The notes beneath the pieces were generated by a model. It was given only the letters and a program-made list of their open reading frames with translations. It was not told the origin of the DNA and did no database searches. The position numbers and the translations under genes were made by a program. This document shows, in pieces, positions 1 through 9,410 of a stretch of DNA of 64,000 bases (position 1 is the first letter of the stretch; each line of letters starts with the position of its first letter). The stretch lies in NCBI GenBank assembly GCA_963745075.1, contig CAVUWV010000020.1, positions 32,001 to 96,000 of the forward strand. The letters run 5' to 3'. This DNA comes from Candidatus Hydrogenedentota bacterium (GTDB lineage Bacteria; Hydrogenedentota; Hydrogenedentia; Hydrogenedentales; SLHB01).

Positions 1-798
1 TGCTACGTTCAGGCAATCTCGGAATCGGGAATGGACCGAACCGAACACGTGTGTGTATCGGGAATTGGGTGCAGTGGACGAGCGGCGGGGTACATCAATG
101 TGGACAGTTACCACACGACCCACGGCCGTGCAGTACCGTTTGCATTGGGGATTGCGGTCTACCGACCGGAACTGTGTGTGACGGTGATCAGCGGGGACGG
201 CGATTTGTCGTCCATCGGCGGAAATCACTTGATTCATGCGGCGCGCCGCAACGTCAATCTCACGATCATCTGCATCAACAACTTCAACTACGGCATGACG
301 GGCGGTCAGGCGGGGCCGACGACGCCACTCAGCGCGAAATCTTCGACAACCCCATTCGGCAGTTGGGAACGGCCGTTCAATCTGCCGCACTTGGCCCACG
401 CGGTGGGCGCATCGCTCGTGTCGAGGTGGACGGTGCTCCACGTGCGTCAGTTGAAGGAAACGATTCTGACTGCGATGCACAAGAAGGGATTTGCGTTTAT
501 CGAAGTCCTGTCGCCTTGCCCGACGGGATTCGGGCGCCCGAACGACCGCGGTGAAGGGTTGGAAGAGATGCGGCGCTATCGGAGGCGGTGCGTGATCGAT
601 GACAACGCCTATTTGCCCGATATCGACATAGATATTATCGACGATAACAGCCCCATCGTGGTGGGGAATTTTGTCAATGTGGAGCGGCCGGCATTCCTGC
701 CAGTACTTGGCACTCCCCGTCAGGAGGTCGCAAAGGTCTTAGCGGAAAATGCGAATCAGCGGACGCGCTCCCGGGAGTCGATTGGCCATGACCACTGA
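1..798 (+). CDS. 2-oxoacid:ferredoxin oxidoreductase beta subunit (TPP-binding), 5' truncated by window edge
   Basis: SGIGCS, HTTHGRA, GDGD...GGNH, NNFNYGMTGGQ and EVLSPCPT motifs of the KorB/PorB family; frame open from base 1. Confidence 0.92.
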   Translation, partial: CYVQAISESGMDRTEHVCVSGIGCSGRAAGYINVDSYHTTHGRAVPFALGIAVYRPELCVTVISGDGDLSSIGGNHLIHAARRNVNLTIICINNFNYGMTGGQAGPTTPLSAKSSTTPFGSWERPFNLPHLAHAVGASLVSRWTVLHVRQLKETILTAMHKKGFAFIEVLSPCPTGFGRPNDRGEGLEEMRRYRRRCVIDDNAYLPDIDIDIIDDNSPIVVGNFVNVERPAFLPVLGTPRQEVAKVLAENANQRTRSRESIGHDH

Positions 799-1351
799 AA
801 CGTCTGAAGAAAGCCCCATCCAAATTCGAATTGCCGGGTATGGCGGTCAAGGTGTGATTCTGACCGGCATGCTGCTCGGCAAGGCCGCCAGCCTGTATGA
901 CGCGAAGGAGGCGGTGTTCACCCAATCCTACGGACCGGAAGCGCGGGGCGGCGCGTCCAGTGCGGACGTGGTGATATCGTCCGAACCCATTGATTATCCC
1001 CTGGTATCCGAGCCGGATATTCTGGTCGCGCTGTTTCAGGAGGCGTACACGCGGTACCGTCCCATGCTGAAACCGGGCGGCACACTGATCGTGGAAAGTG
1101 ACTTGGTGCATACGAACGGCGATGCCAACGTCGCGGGACTTCCGGCTTCGCGTATGGCGGAGAGCATCGGGCGGCGCATCGTCGCCAACGTTGTCGTGTT
1201 CGGTTATCTGGTGGGCAAGACGCACGTCGTCAGTCGCGAGGCCGCCGAGAAGGCCATCGAAGCGACGGTCAAGCCCAAAACGCGTGAATTGAATATGAAG
1301 GCATTCGCGGCCGGGTACGCCCGGGCGGAGGAGGAGGAGGGTGCATCGTGA
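788..1351 (+). CDS. 2-oxoacid:ferredoxin oxidoreductase gamma subunit
   Basis: IRIAGYGGQGVIL, QSYGPEARGG, ANVVVFG and N(M)KAF motifs; overlaps the end of the beta subunit. Confidence 0.92.
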   Translation: MTTETSEESPIQIRIAGYGGQGVILTGMLLGKAASLYDAKEAVFTQSYGPEARGGASSADVVISSEPIDYPLVSEPDILVALFQEAYTRYRPMLKPGGTLIVESDLVHTNGDANVAGLPASRMAESIGRRIVANVVVFGYLVGKTHVVSREAAEKAIEATVKPKTRELNMKAFAAGYARAEEEEGAS

Positions 1352-2754
1352 GTGATGCCGTACTGGTGGTCGGTGGCGGCATAGCGGGTCTTCGCGCCGC
1401 GTTGGATTTGGCGCATGCGGGCGCGCGGGTAGTCCTGGTGGAAAACAAGGCGACCGTGGGCGGAAAGCTCGCGGCCCTGCTCGAAGAAGGGCGCACGGCG
1501 CTGGATTTGCCGGAAGGCGCATGGCTGCCGACGTTGTCGCAGGCGGCATCCAGCCCGGCCATTGAGATTTTGACCCAGTCGGAAGTGACGGGCCTTACCG
1601 GAGAACTGGGAGAGTTCGCGGCGACCATTCGGTGCCGCTCGCGCTTCGTGAGTGATCTGTGCGATCGCTGCAACGTGTGCCGCCAGGTGTGCCCGGTCGT
1701 CCGGCCGAACGAGTATGACGCGGGGCTGTCGTTCCGCAAGGCGATTTTCAGTCCGCTCAAGAGTCCAGTCCCGCCGTCGTTTGTCATTGACATCGACAGT
1801 TGCCTGAACGATCCGCCGAATTATATTCCGTGCCAGCGTTGCGTGCAGAACTGCCACGTCAGCGCCATCAGTTTCGACACGCCACTTGAGAAGACGATCA
1901 CACGGGACGTGGGAAGCGTTATTCTCGCGGCCGGGTTCGACTTGACGGATGCGGAAGGCCTGGAGCGGTATGGCTACGGGAAACACCCGGATATCGTCAC
2001 GTCGCTTGAATTGGAACGTTTGTTTGCCGCGACCGGCACGACGGGCGGCTACGTGGAGCGGCCTTCCGATGAACGCGATCCGGAACGGATTCTCATGGTG
2101 CTCGCGGACGGGACCGATTTCACGTGGACGTATACGGCACGGCAGGTGAAACGGATGTTGGATCAGGCGTTGGAGGATGTGACCATCGTCTATGAGACGC
2201 CGCCCGAGAGCGGCAAGGGGCCCTCGTCGTTTCTCTCGGGATCGGTGCAGGAGAAGGCGCGGTTGGTTCACGGTTCCATTGAGGCGGTCAACACGCAATC
2301 GGGCAACGTGTTGGAGGTCGCTTACCGGGAGGTTTCTGCCAAGAGCGTCACCAAGGAAAAATTCGACCTGATCGTTCTGGCGGCGGCGGTGCAACCTCCC
2401 GTCGGATTGCAGAAGACCGCGGAGGCACTCGGGATACGGCTGGGTTCCGAGGGGTTCGTTCGGACCTCGGAAAAGGACGGCGCTCGCGTGGCGACGAGCC
2501 GTCCCGGCATCTATGCGTGCGGTTGTGTGACGGGGCCGAAAAACATCCACGAAACGCTGACCGAAGCCGGCACGGCGGTCGAGCAGGCGTTTCAACATGC
2601 GCGCCGGGGCACGCGCCGGACCGATAGTACGACTCCCGCACCCGAGCCTTCGGGCAATGGCGCGAGCGAGGCGGAGGTCTTCAGCCGCATGGGTCAGGTC
2701 GTGGAGACCTTGATCGCTATGGGCGAGAAACGTTTGTCGCGTTCCGACTCGTAG
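1348..2754 (+). CDS. HdrA-like FAD-dependent oxidoreductase with inserted ferredoxin domain
   Basis: VLVVGGGIAG FAD motif; CDRCNVCRQVCP and C..CQRCVQNC clusters; NEYDAGLSFRKAI, YGYGKHPDIVTSLELERL and TSRPGIYACGCVTGPKNI; GTGA overlap with gamma subunit. Confidence 0.85.
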   Translation: MSDAVLVVGGGIAGLRAALDLAHAGARVVLVENKATVGGKLAALLEEGRTALDLPEGAWLPTLSQAASSPAIEILTQSEVTGLTGELGEFAATIRCRSRFVSDLCDRCNVCRQVCPVVRPNEYDAGLSFRKAIFSPLKSPVPPSFVIDIDSCLNDPPNYIPCQRCVQNCHVSAISFDTPLEKTITRDVGSVILAAGFDLTDAEGLERYGYGKHPDIVTSLELERLFAATGTTGGYVERPSDERDPERILMVLADGTDFTWTYTARQVKRMLDQALEDVTIVYETPPESGKGPSSFLSGSVQEKARLVHGSIEAVNTQSGNVLEVAYREVSAKSVTKEKFDLIVLAAAVQPPVGLQKTAEALGIRLGSEGFVRTSEKDGARVATSRPGIYACGCVTGPKNIHETLTEAGTAVEQAFQHARRGTRRTDSTTPAPEPSGNGASEAEVFSRMGQVVETLIAMGEKRLSRSDS

Positions 2755-2764
2755 TGGGCCCGGT

Positions 2765-3127
2765 CTATTGTTCGAACGAATCCAAGGTGTCGAGCATTTC
2801 GCGCACCTGACTTTCCATTCGGTCCAGTATATCGACCACCTCTTTGCGGGTTTTGGGGCGCCCTTCTCCAAGTAGTTCCTGTGCCAGCCGAATCCGTGCG
2901 CCTTCTGTGGAAAGCTTCTCGTGCCAGAGCAGTTGCTTGATGCGGCGGACGATTTCCACGTCTTTCGAGAGATAGAACCGCTGCTTCGTGCGGGTCCGGC
3001 CGGGTTTCAAGGGCGGGAACCGGCTTTCCCACTGACGCAGGACATAGTCCGGGACGTCCGTCATCGCGCTGACTTCGCTGATGCTGTAACGTCTTTCGAG
3101 ATGGTCTTTGGTTTGATGTGGGGTCAT
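2765..3127 (-). CDS. MerR-family HTH transcriptional regulator
   Basis: YSISEVSAMTDVPDYVLRQWESRFPPLKP...QRFY...IKQLL...LSTEGAR MerR HTH. Confidence 0.88.
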   Translation of the reverse strand: MTPHQTKDHLERRYSISEVSAMTDVPDYVLRQWESRFPPLKPGRTRTKQRFYLSKDVEIVRRIKQLLWHEKLSTEGARIRLAQELLGEGRPKTRKEVVDILDRMESQVREMLDTLDSFEQ

Positions 3128-3144
3128 TTGGGGCCTCTGAAGAA

Positions 3145-3184
3145 CACGGACTTTCACGGACACACACGGACGGTCACGGACAGA
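3145..3184. repeat. Tandem array of four 10-bp units with CACGGAC core
   Basis: cacggacttt cacggacaca cacggacggt cacggacaga in the merR/hemF intergenic space. Confidence 0.85.
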
Positions 3185-3202
3185 CTCTGGGATGTCCGTT
3201 CC

Positions 3203-4090
3203 TCATTCCTCCAGCCAGTCCTGGGGCTTCAAGTAAACTTCCGTTAGCTCGGATTCCGGAGTTCCGGGAACCGGAACCCAATTATAGCGCCAATGGGCAA
3301 CGGGAGGCATGGACATGAGAACGGATTCGATCCGACCGCCGGATTGAAGGCCGAAAAGTGTGCCGCGGTCGTAGACGAGATTGAACTCGACGTACCGGGA
3401 CCGGCGATAGCATTGAAACTCGCGCTGGGCGTCGGTGTAAGGGTCGTCGCGATGCCGTTCGATGAAGGGACGGTAGAGATCGGGGAACGCCTCGCCGAGG
3501 GCGGTGACGAAGCGAAAATGGGCATCCTTATCCAGCCGGAGATGGTCGAAAAACAGCCCCCCCACTCCACGCGTTTCGTTTCGGTGACGGATGAAGAAGT
3601 AGTCGTCGCAGGCTTTCTTGTGGAGGGCGTACTCTTCGTTGCAGTAATCGCAGAGGGTCTTGAGGGATTGGTGAAACCGGACGACTTCGTCACGAACCGG
3701 GTAGTAGGGCGTCAGGTCCACACCGCCGCCAAACCACCACAAAGGGCCCGCTTCGAAGTATCGGACGTTCAGATGAATGGTTGGGACGTAAGGGTTCCAG
3801 GGATGAATCACGAGGCTGACGCCGGTCGCGGAAAAGGGTGTGTCCGGGGCGATGTTGAACTGTGTGGCCGCGGATCCCGGAAGGCTGTCCCCGTGGATCG
3901 CGGAGAAGTTGACGCCGCCCTTCTCGATGAGGGGTCCGCCTTCCCAGATTCGGGTAACGCCCCCACCCGTGCCTTTGTCGTAGGTCCATCGATCTTCGCG
4001 GAACGGCGCGCCGTCAGCCTCGACGAGGAAGCTGGCAATCCGATCCTGAATCTCGCGGAACTTCGTCTCGACGGCGTTAGTGACGGACAC
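3203..4090 (-). CDS. hemF: Oxygen-dependent coproporphyrinogen III oxidase
   Basis: EKGGVNFS, ATGVSLVIHPWNPYVPTIHLNVRYF, WWFGGGVDLTP, RGVGGLFFD and RRSRYVEFNLVYDRGTLFGL. Confidence 0.96.
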   Translation of the reverse strand: MSVTNAVETKFREIQDRIASFLVEADGAPFREDRWTYDKGTGGGVTRIWEGGPLIEKGGVNFSAIHGDSLPGSAATQFNIAPDTPFSATGVSLVIHPWNPYVPTIHLNVRYFEAGPLWWFGGGVDLTPYYPVRDEVVRFHQSLKTLCDYCNEEYALHKKACDDYFFIRHRNETRGVGGLFFDHLRLDKDAHFRFVTALGEAFPDLYRPFIERHRDDPYTDAQREFQCYRRSRYVEFNLVYDRGTLFGLQSGGRIESVLMSMPPVAHWRYNWVPVPGTPESELTEVYLKPQDWLEE

Positions 4091-5916
4091 TAGTGTTCCG
4101 AATCCCCACTGCCGTCCGTCGTATAGACGGTCAGATTGGTGAGGCCACCGTCCCGGCGCGGGAACAGGAATTTGCCGAGGACATACCCGATTCCAAACAT
4201 GAGCGCGTGACCAAGGAATCCGACGTAGTAGTTATTGACGATTTGCGGTATGCCTTCAACCTGGCTGGCCAAGGCGCAGTAAAGCGAGAAGCACAAGGTC
4301 ACGACGATGCCCACCAGCATGGCTCGATCGTCGCCGACCTTTGTGAAGAAGCCGAGCAGGTAGAAGCCGAGCAGGCCGCCTGCGGTTAGTGCGGTCAACA
4401 CCGTGGCGGTATCTTGCAGCGTGGTGGTCTGCACGGCCATTAGGATCGTTGCTCCGACAATCATGACCACGGCAACAGCAACGCCGATGCCTTTGGCAAC
4501 GAGAGTGTAATGCCGGTCATCGCGGTCCGGCGCAATATGACGCCGGTACACGTCGACCACGCCGACAGCGGAAATGCCGTTCATGCTGGATGAGATGCTG
4601 GACATGGCAGCCGAGAGGACCGCGGCGATCACGAGACCTGTCAGGCCCTTCGGCAAATAGTGCACGACGAAGTACGGCAGGATGGATTCCGCTTTCGCGC
4701 CGTTCGCACCCGTATAAATCTGCATGGCGGCTTCCGTCGGCGAATGCATGAAGAAGATGTAGAGGGCGGTGCCGATAAACATGAACAGCGCCCAGGTAGG
4801 AACGCTGAAGAGCGTGCATACCAACATGGCGATTCGGGCCTGTTTCGTGCTCTTGGAGGCAGCGTAACGCTGAATGACGTTCTGGTTGGCGCTGTATTCG
4901 TAGAGCCAGTTGCCCACACCCATCACGAGGATCAGCAGGAACGTCTTGTCCTTCCAATCGGAAGGCGAGATGGGAACGGATTTGATGGGTTCGAGTTTGA
5001 TCTCGCGAACGCGGGTCACTTCTTCCTTTACCTCAGGATTATCGGGTGAGGGGACCTGTTCCTTCACGAGCGCCAGGACATGGGGCGGATTGGCGATCTC
5101 ACGGATGACCGTGAATGCACCCGGGGCGTTATCCGTATGGTCAAATTGGACGCGTTCGTAACCGTGGGCAGCGGGATCCTGAAACAGGGCCATGGTCTCG
5201 GGGGGAATCTGCTCACCTTCTTTGGCTTCTGCGACCACGTCAGCGAGATGACTCATCTTACCTTGATGTATGGCTTCCGTCGTGATCGTGTGCAAGCCGC
5301 CGGGGGTGTCGCCAATGATTACGAAAAGGGCAATCAATCCGCCGGTAAACAGCACGATCGCCTGAATGAAGTCGGTCCACAGCACGGCCCGGATACCGCC
5401 GAGGACCGTGTAGAACGAGGTTACGATCCCGCCGGCCAAAATGCAGTAGTACGGATTCCAGCCCAGGATTTCCTTGACGAGCAGCGATACCAGGAAGAGA
5501 ATCAGGGCAACGCGAATGACTTGATTGACGATGAAGGCGCAGGCCGCGTAGAGGCGAGTCTTGGGGCCGAATCGCTCTTCAAGGTATTCATAGGCCGAGG
5601 TAATGTGGGAATAGCGAAAGAAAGGGAGAAAGAAGTACGCCGCGAACAGCACGACGATCGGCAGCATGTAGTTCGGCGACATGCGGTACCAGGCGGCTTT
5701 GTATCCATCACCGGGATAGGCCACGAAGGTGATGGAACTGATGGACGTGGCGAACATGGAGAAACCGACGAGCCAACCGGGGAAGGACCGATCCCCGAGG
5801 AAGTATCCTTCGGTCGTTCGAGACTTGCTCGCGAAAAGCGGCCCCATGGCCGCCATGGCCCCAAAATAGCCAAACAAAACAACGTAATCGACTACACTAA
5901 ACCCATTCCCATTCAT
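4090..5916 (-). CDS. Sodium:solute symporter (SSS) family transporter with a large hydrophilic loop insertion
   Basis: YFLGDRS, SAYEYLEERFG, YTVLGGIRAVLWTDFIQ, NQNVIQRY and AAMSSISS motifs; multiple TM helices. Confidence 0.92.
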   Translation of the reverse strand: MNGNGFSVVDYVVLFGYFGAMAAMGPLFASKSRTTEGYFLGDRSFPGWLVGFSMFATSISSITFVAYPGDGYKAAWYRMSPNYMLPIVVLFAAYFFLPFFRYSHITSAYEYLEERFGPKTRLYAACAFIVNQVIRVALILFLVSLLVKEILGWNPYYCILAGGIVTSFYTVLGGIRAVLWTDFIQAIVLFTGGLIALFVIIGDTPGGLHTITTEAIHQGKMSHLADVVAEAKEGEQIPPETMALFQDPAAHGYERVQFDHTDNAPGAFTVIREIANPPHVLALVKEQVPSPDNPEVKEEVTRVREIKLEPIKSVPISPSDWKDKTFLLILVMGVGNWLYEYSANQNVIQRYAASKSTKQARIAMLVCTLFSVPTWALFMFIGTALYIFFMHSPTEAAMQIYTGANGAKAESILPYFVVHYLPKGLTGLVIAAVLSAAMSSISSSMNGISAVGVVDVYRRHIAPDRDDRHYTLVAKGIGVAVAVVMIVGATILMAVQTTTLQDTATVLTALTAGGLLGFYLLGFFTKVGDDRAMLVGIVVTLCFSLYCALASQVEGIPQIVNNYYVGFLGHALMFGIGYVLGKFLFPRRDGGLTNLTVYTTDGSGDSEH

Positions 5917-5998
5917 TGGTAGCCCCCGCCCGTTGAGGTATGTGTCGTTGCATCGGCGGTCAACCCTAGCAGGTTGGCCGAGCACGATCAAGGCATGG

Positions 5999-7142
5999 TT
6001 AGTTCGTTGTCAGGGCCTCAAAAACCTGCAATAACTTCAGCTCATCGTTGTGCCAGTTGTACACGGTCTCCACGGCGGAACGTCCGTTCTTGCCCAGCCG
6101 TTCGGCCAGAGTGGTATCTTGGAGTAGTTGGAGCACCGCTTCCGCGATTGCATCCGGATTGGAGACGTCGACCAACAACGCGCAGTCCGCTTCGCGCACG
6201 ATATGGGCGACTTCAATCGCGAATTCGGGGGCCAGGAAGGGCAACCCCTCGCGCATGTAATCGAACATTTTGTGGGGCATGGCCAAGGTGTGGTTCATGG
6301 GACCGGGCTGAAAGAGAATAAGGCCGACCTTGGACACGGCGATATAGGGCGGCACTTGGTCGAAGGGGATTTCCTCGTACATGTCGATGAACGGGTCCAG
6401 CCCGGCCTCGGTCACGGCCTTCCGGAAGGCTTGCTCGTCTCCGTAGATGTATTTCCCGAGCAGGATACACTTGATGTCGGGGCATTCCTTAACCAGGATC
6501 TTCATTGCGTCGAGAAGCTGGTAGGACCCCCGAACGTCGCCAAACAGGCCCTGATGGATGATCGTCGGGCGACCGGCATACTTTTCACGGAGTTCGGTGG
6601 GGATTTCCGTACAGGGCGGTTGTGGATCGATTGGTGTTGAGGACCACGGTACGGGGAACTTTGAGCCCTTCGTACGGTTCTTCGAGGCAGTTTTTGGTCA
6701 GGATGACGTAGTCCGTCGAGCGGGCCATCAGCCGCATGGCACGGATGGTGAGCCATTGAATCGCGGGCCGAAACGGCACGGGGAATTTGTCCGCAAATTT
6801 TGATGGGACATGTTCGTGTTGGTCGAAGACCACTTTGCGCCGGGTCAGGAGCTTGATGATCAATCCGGAGACCCAGGTTTCGGGCTCGACGCAGAGGTAG
6901 GCATCCGCACGGGCCCGGATGCCGCGCGGAACGAGCCGAATCGACGCGAGGAATCGGGCCGCCATGCCTTTGGCAACCGGGGTAGTCTCGATGTGAACCC
7001 CTTCGAGCACATCGGGGAGGGGCTCGTCAGAGGGAACGATGGACAGAACCTCATGGCCGGCGGCAACGAGGCTTTTGGCTTCTTTGTGAAACACCCGCTT
7101 GTCGTTGGGCGTATGGAGTACTTGCAGAATGCAGATCTTCAT
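5999..7142 (-). CDS. Glycosyltransferase family 4, split by a single frameshift near 6628
   Basis: N-part MKICILQVLH..DKRVFHKEAKSL (ORF 6585..7208) and C-part PHKMFDYMREGLP (ORF 5999..6505) join through NTNH/PQPPCTEIP if one base is removed. Confidence 0.85.
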
Positions 7143-7146
7143 GGAC

Positions 7147-9293
7147 TCACGCGTCGGGCGCCGGCAGCGTCCCCTGGCGGAGCGCTTCTTGGGCGATACG
7201 GGTCGCACGAAGTCCGTGGGCCGCGGTCACGCTCAACTCGGCCTTGCCGCGGATGGCGTTGATCCAGTTCTCCAGGATCTCGTATTGGCCCTTGTGTTCG
7301 CCGGTTTGCTTTTGATTCTTCGCGTTCAGGCCGGCGAATCGAATGCCGCGGAAATCGTCGATGGCGATCGCCTTCCCGCCGCCAAAGATTTCGATGTGCT
7401 CTTTATCGAGCCCTGGATGCCCCAGACAGCAGTACATGATGGTCGCGAGCGAGCCGTCGGGGAAGCGCAAGAGGGTAGACAAGTTGTTGGCGTCGGGCAA
7501 GGTTTCGCTTGCCGAACTCAGATGGTCGGCCTTGACCGCAATGGGTTCCTGACCGACGAACCAGCAGCAGAAATCGAAGAAATGGACGGCCTCGCCGACG
7601 ATGCGGCCTCCCCCCTCTTCCGGGTCGTTGGTCCAATGCCCCGGCGGCAAAGCGCCCGCGTTGCAACGGTAGAGAATCATTTTGGGACCGGCGATGTGTT
7701 GGAGCGATTGCTTCGCCAGTTGTGAGAATTTGGAGAACCGGCGGTTGAACCCGATGGAAAGCAAGACCCCGGCTTTCTCGACCGCATCGCACACGGCTTC
7801 GCAGTCGGCCACGGTGATGGCCAGGGGCTTCTCGACGAAGACATGCTTGCCCGCCTCCGCGGCGCGGATGGCAAGGGACGGGTGGAGATTATGGCGGGTC
7901 GTGACGATCACGGCGTTGACCTTGTCGTCCGCGAGCACCTCGTCGATGTCCGTGGTGCAGTAAGTTGCCCCGTACTTTTGCGCGGCTTGTTTGGCTTTGC
8001 CGCCGGTGCGGTCTACCACGCCGACCAACCGAGCCCCGGGACCTTGGGAATGTTGGGCAGGTGGAATGCGCTGGCATACCCCCCAGCGCCGATCACGGCG
8101 ATGCCGACCTCATCGGAACCGCCGGCGTGGGCCTTTATCATCAGCTTACGGGAGTCGGGCGGCGCGGCATTCGATTCGTCGGTCCCGTAGGAGAGCACCG
8201 CGGCAATGGCGTTCGACTCCTTGTCGAGGATGGTCGTGTAGGCGTCCTGGGCGTCGTCGACAGGTTTGCGCACGGAAATCAGGGGGTTCACCCGCACCTT
8301 GGCTTCGCCAATCATGCGGAGAAACTCGCCCATATTGCGGCCTTCGGTCCAGCGGACGTAGCCGATGGGGTAATCGAGTCCCTTTTCCTCGTAAGCGGGA
8401 TGGTATCGTCCCGGACCGTAGGAACAGGAGAGACGGAAATCGAGTTCCTTGGTGTACATGGATTCGCGAGCCAGTTGCATGCCGACCGCGCCCACGACGG
8501 CGACGCGGCCCTTCTGCCGACAGAGGTCCAGGGCGGAATTGGTGACCTCGCTGCCTTTGCTCGCCGCGCAGATGATGACGCCGTCGGCGCCGTGGCCTCC
8601 GGTCCATTCGTTAACCTCGGCCGCGAGGTCCCCGGGGGCACAGGCCGCGTCCGCGCCCAGTTCCAAAGCAAGGGCGCGCTTTTCCGCGATGGGATCGGAA
8701 CAAATCACGCGGCATCCGGCGGCACGAAGGATTTGCGCCGCGATTTGGCCGAGCAGGCCCAGCCCCATCACGATAAATGTTTCGCCGAACGTCGGAAACA
8801 GTTGCCGGCACCCTTGCATGGCGATGGCGCCCAGGGTGACGAAGGCGGCGTCTTCCATTTCGACGCCGTCGGGGATGGGCGTTAGAAGTTGCTGGGGTAC
8901 GACGTTGTACTCCGCGTGACTGGCATAGCCGACGCCGGAGCATGCGACGCGGTCGCCAACGCGAAAACCGTCAAGCCCTTCGCCGCACTCGACAATCACG
9001 CCGGCGGTGCTGTAGCCAGGGGCCTGGAACTCGAAAAGTTTTCCCTTGACGATGTCGATGGTGCCGCGTAGGCCGACGCTGGCTATTTTCCGCTTGACCT
9101 TTTCCACGTTAAGCGGGTCGCGGGCCTTCTTCATGACGAAGGAGGCGGTACCGCCATCTGACACGAAGCCGGATTCGGTGCCGGAACTGATGACGGAACA
9201 GCACACCCGGACCAAGGCGTGGCCGGGCGCGACGTTGGGCGGCGGGACTTCCTCGATCTGCACCTTGCCGCCCTTCACAAGGACTTGCTTCAA
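7147..9293 (-). CDS. Bi-domain oxidoreductase (Zn-ADH-like plus Gfo/Idh/MocA), frameshifted near 8030
   Basis: SVISSGTE, GYS.AG, GLGLLGQ, SYGPGRY and RWTEGRN followed by IGAGGYA, HVFVEKP, GFNRRF and GGRIVGEAVHF; typical of polysaccharide clusters. Confidence 0.87.
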
Positions 9294-9410
9294 AACGGTA
9301 ACTCCCCAGACGCGCGAGGGATGCACGCCGATTCGTAGACAGTAAGGGAAGAAGATACCACACATCCGACAAGGCCGCCAAACGGCTCCCGCCACAACAG
9401 GCAGCATGCG

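Noticed and set aside
1204..2871. Long antisense or alternate-frame ORFs (also 19200-20768, 33039-34505, 54264-55733, 57373-58395)
   Set aside because: They shadow well-supported genes in high-GC DNA and have no recognisable motifs.
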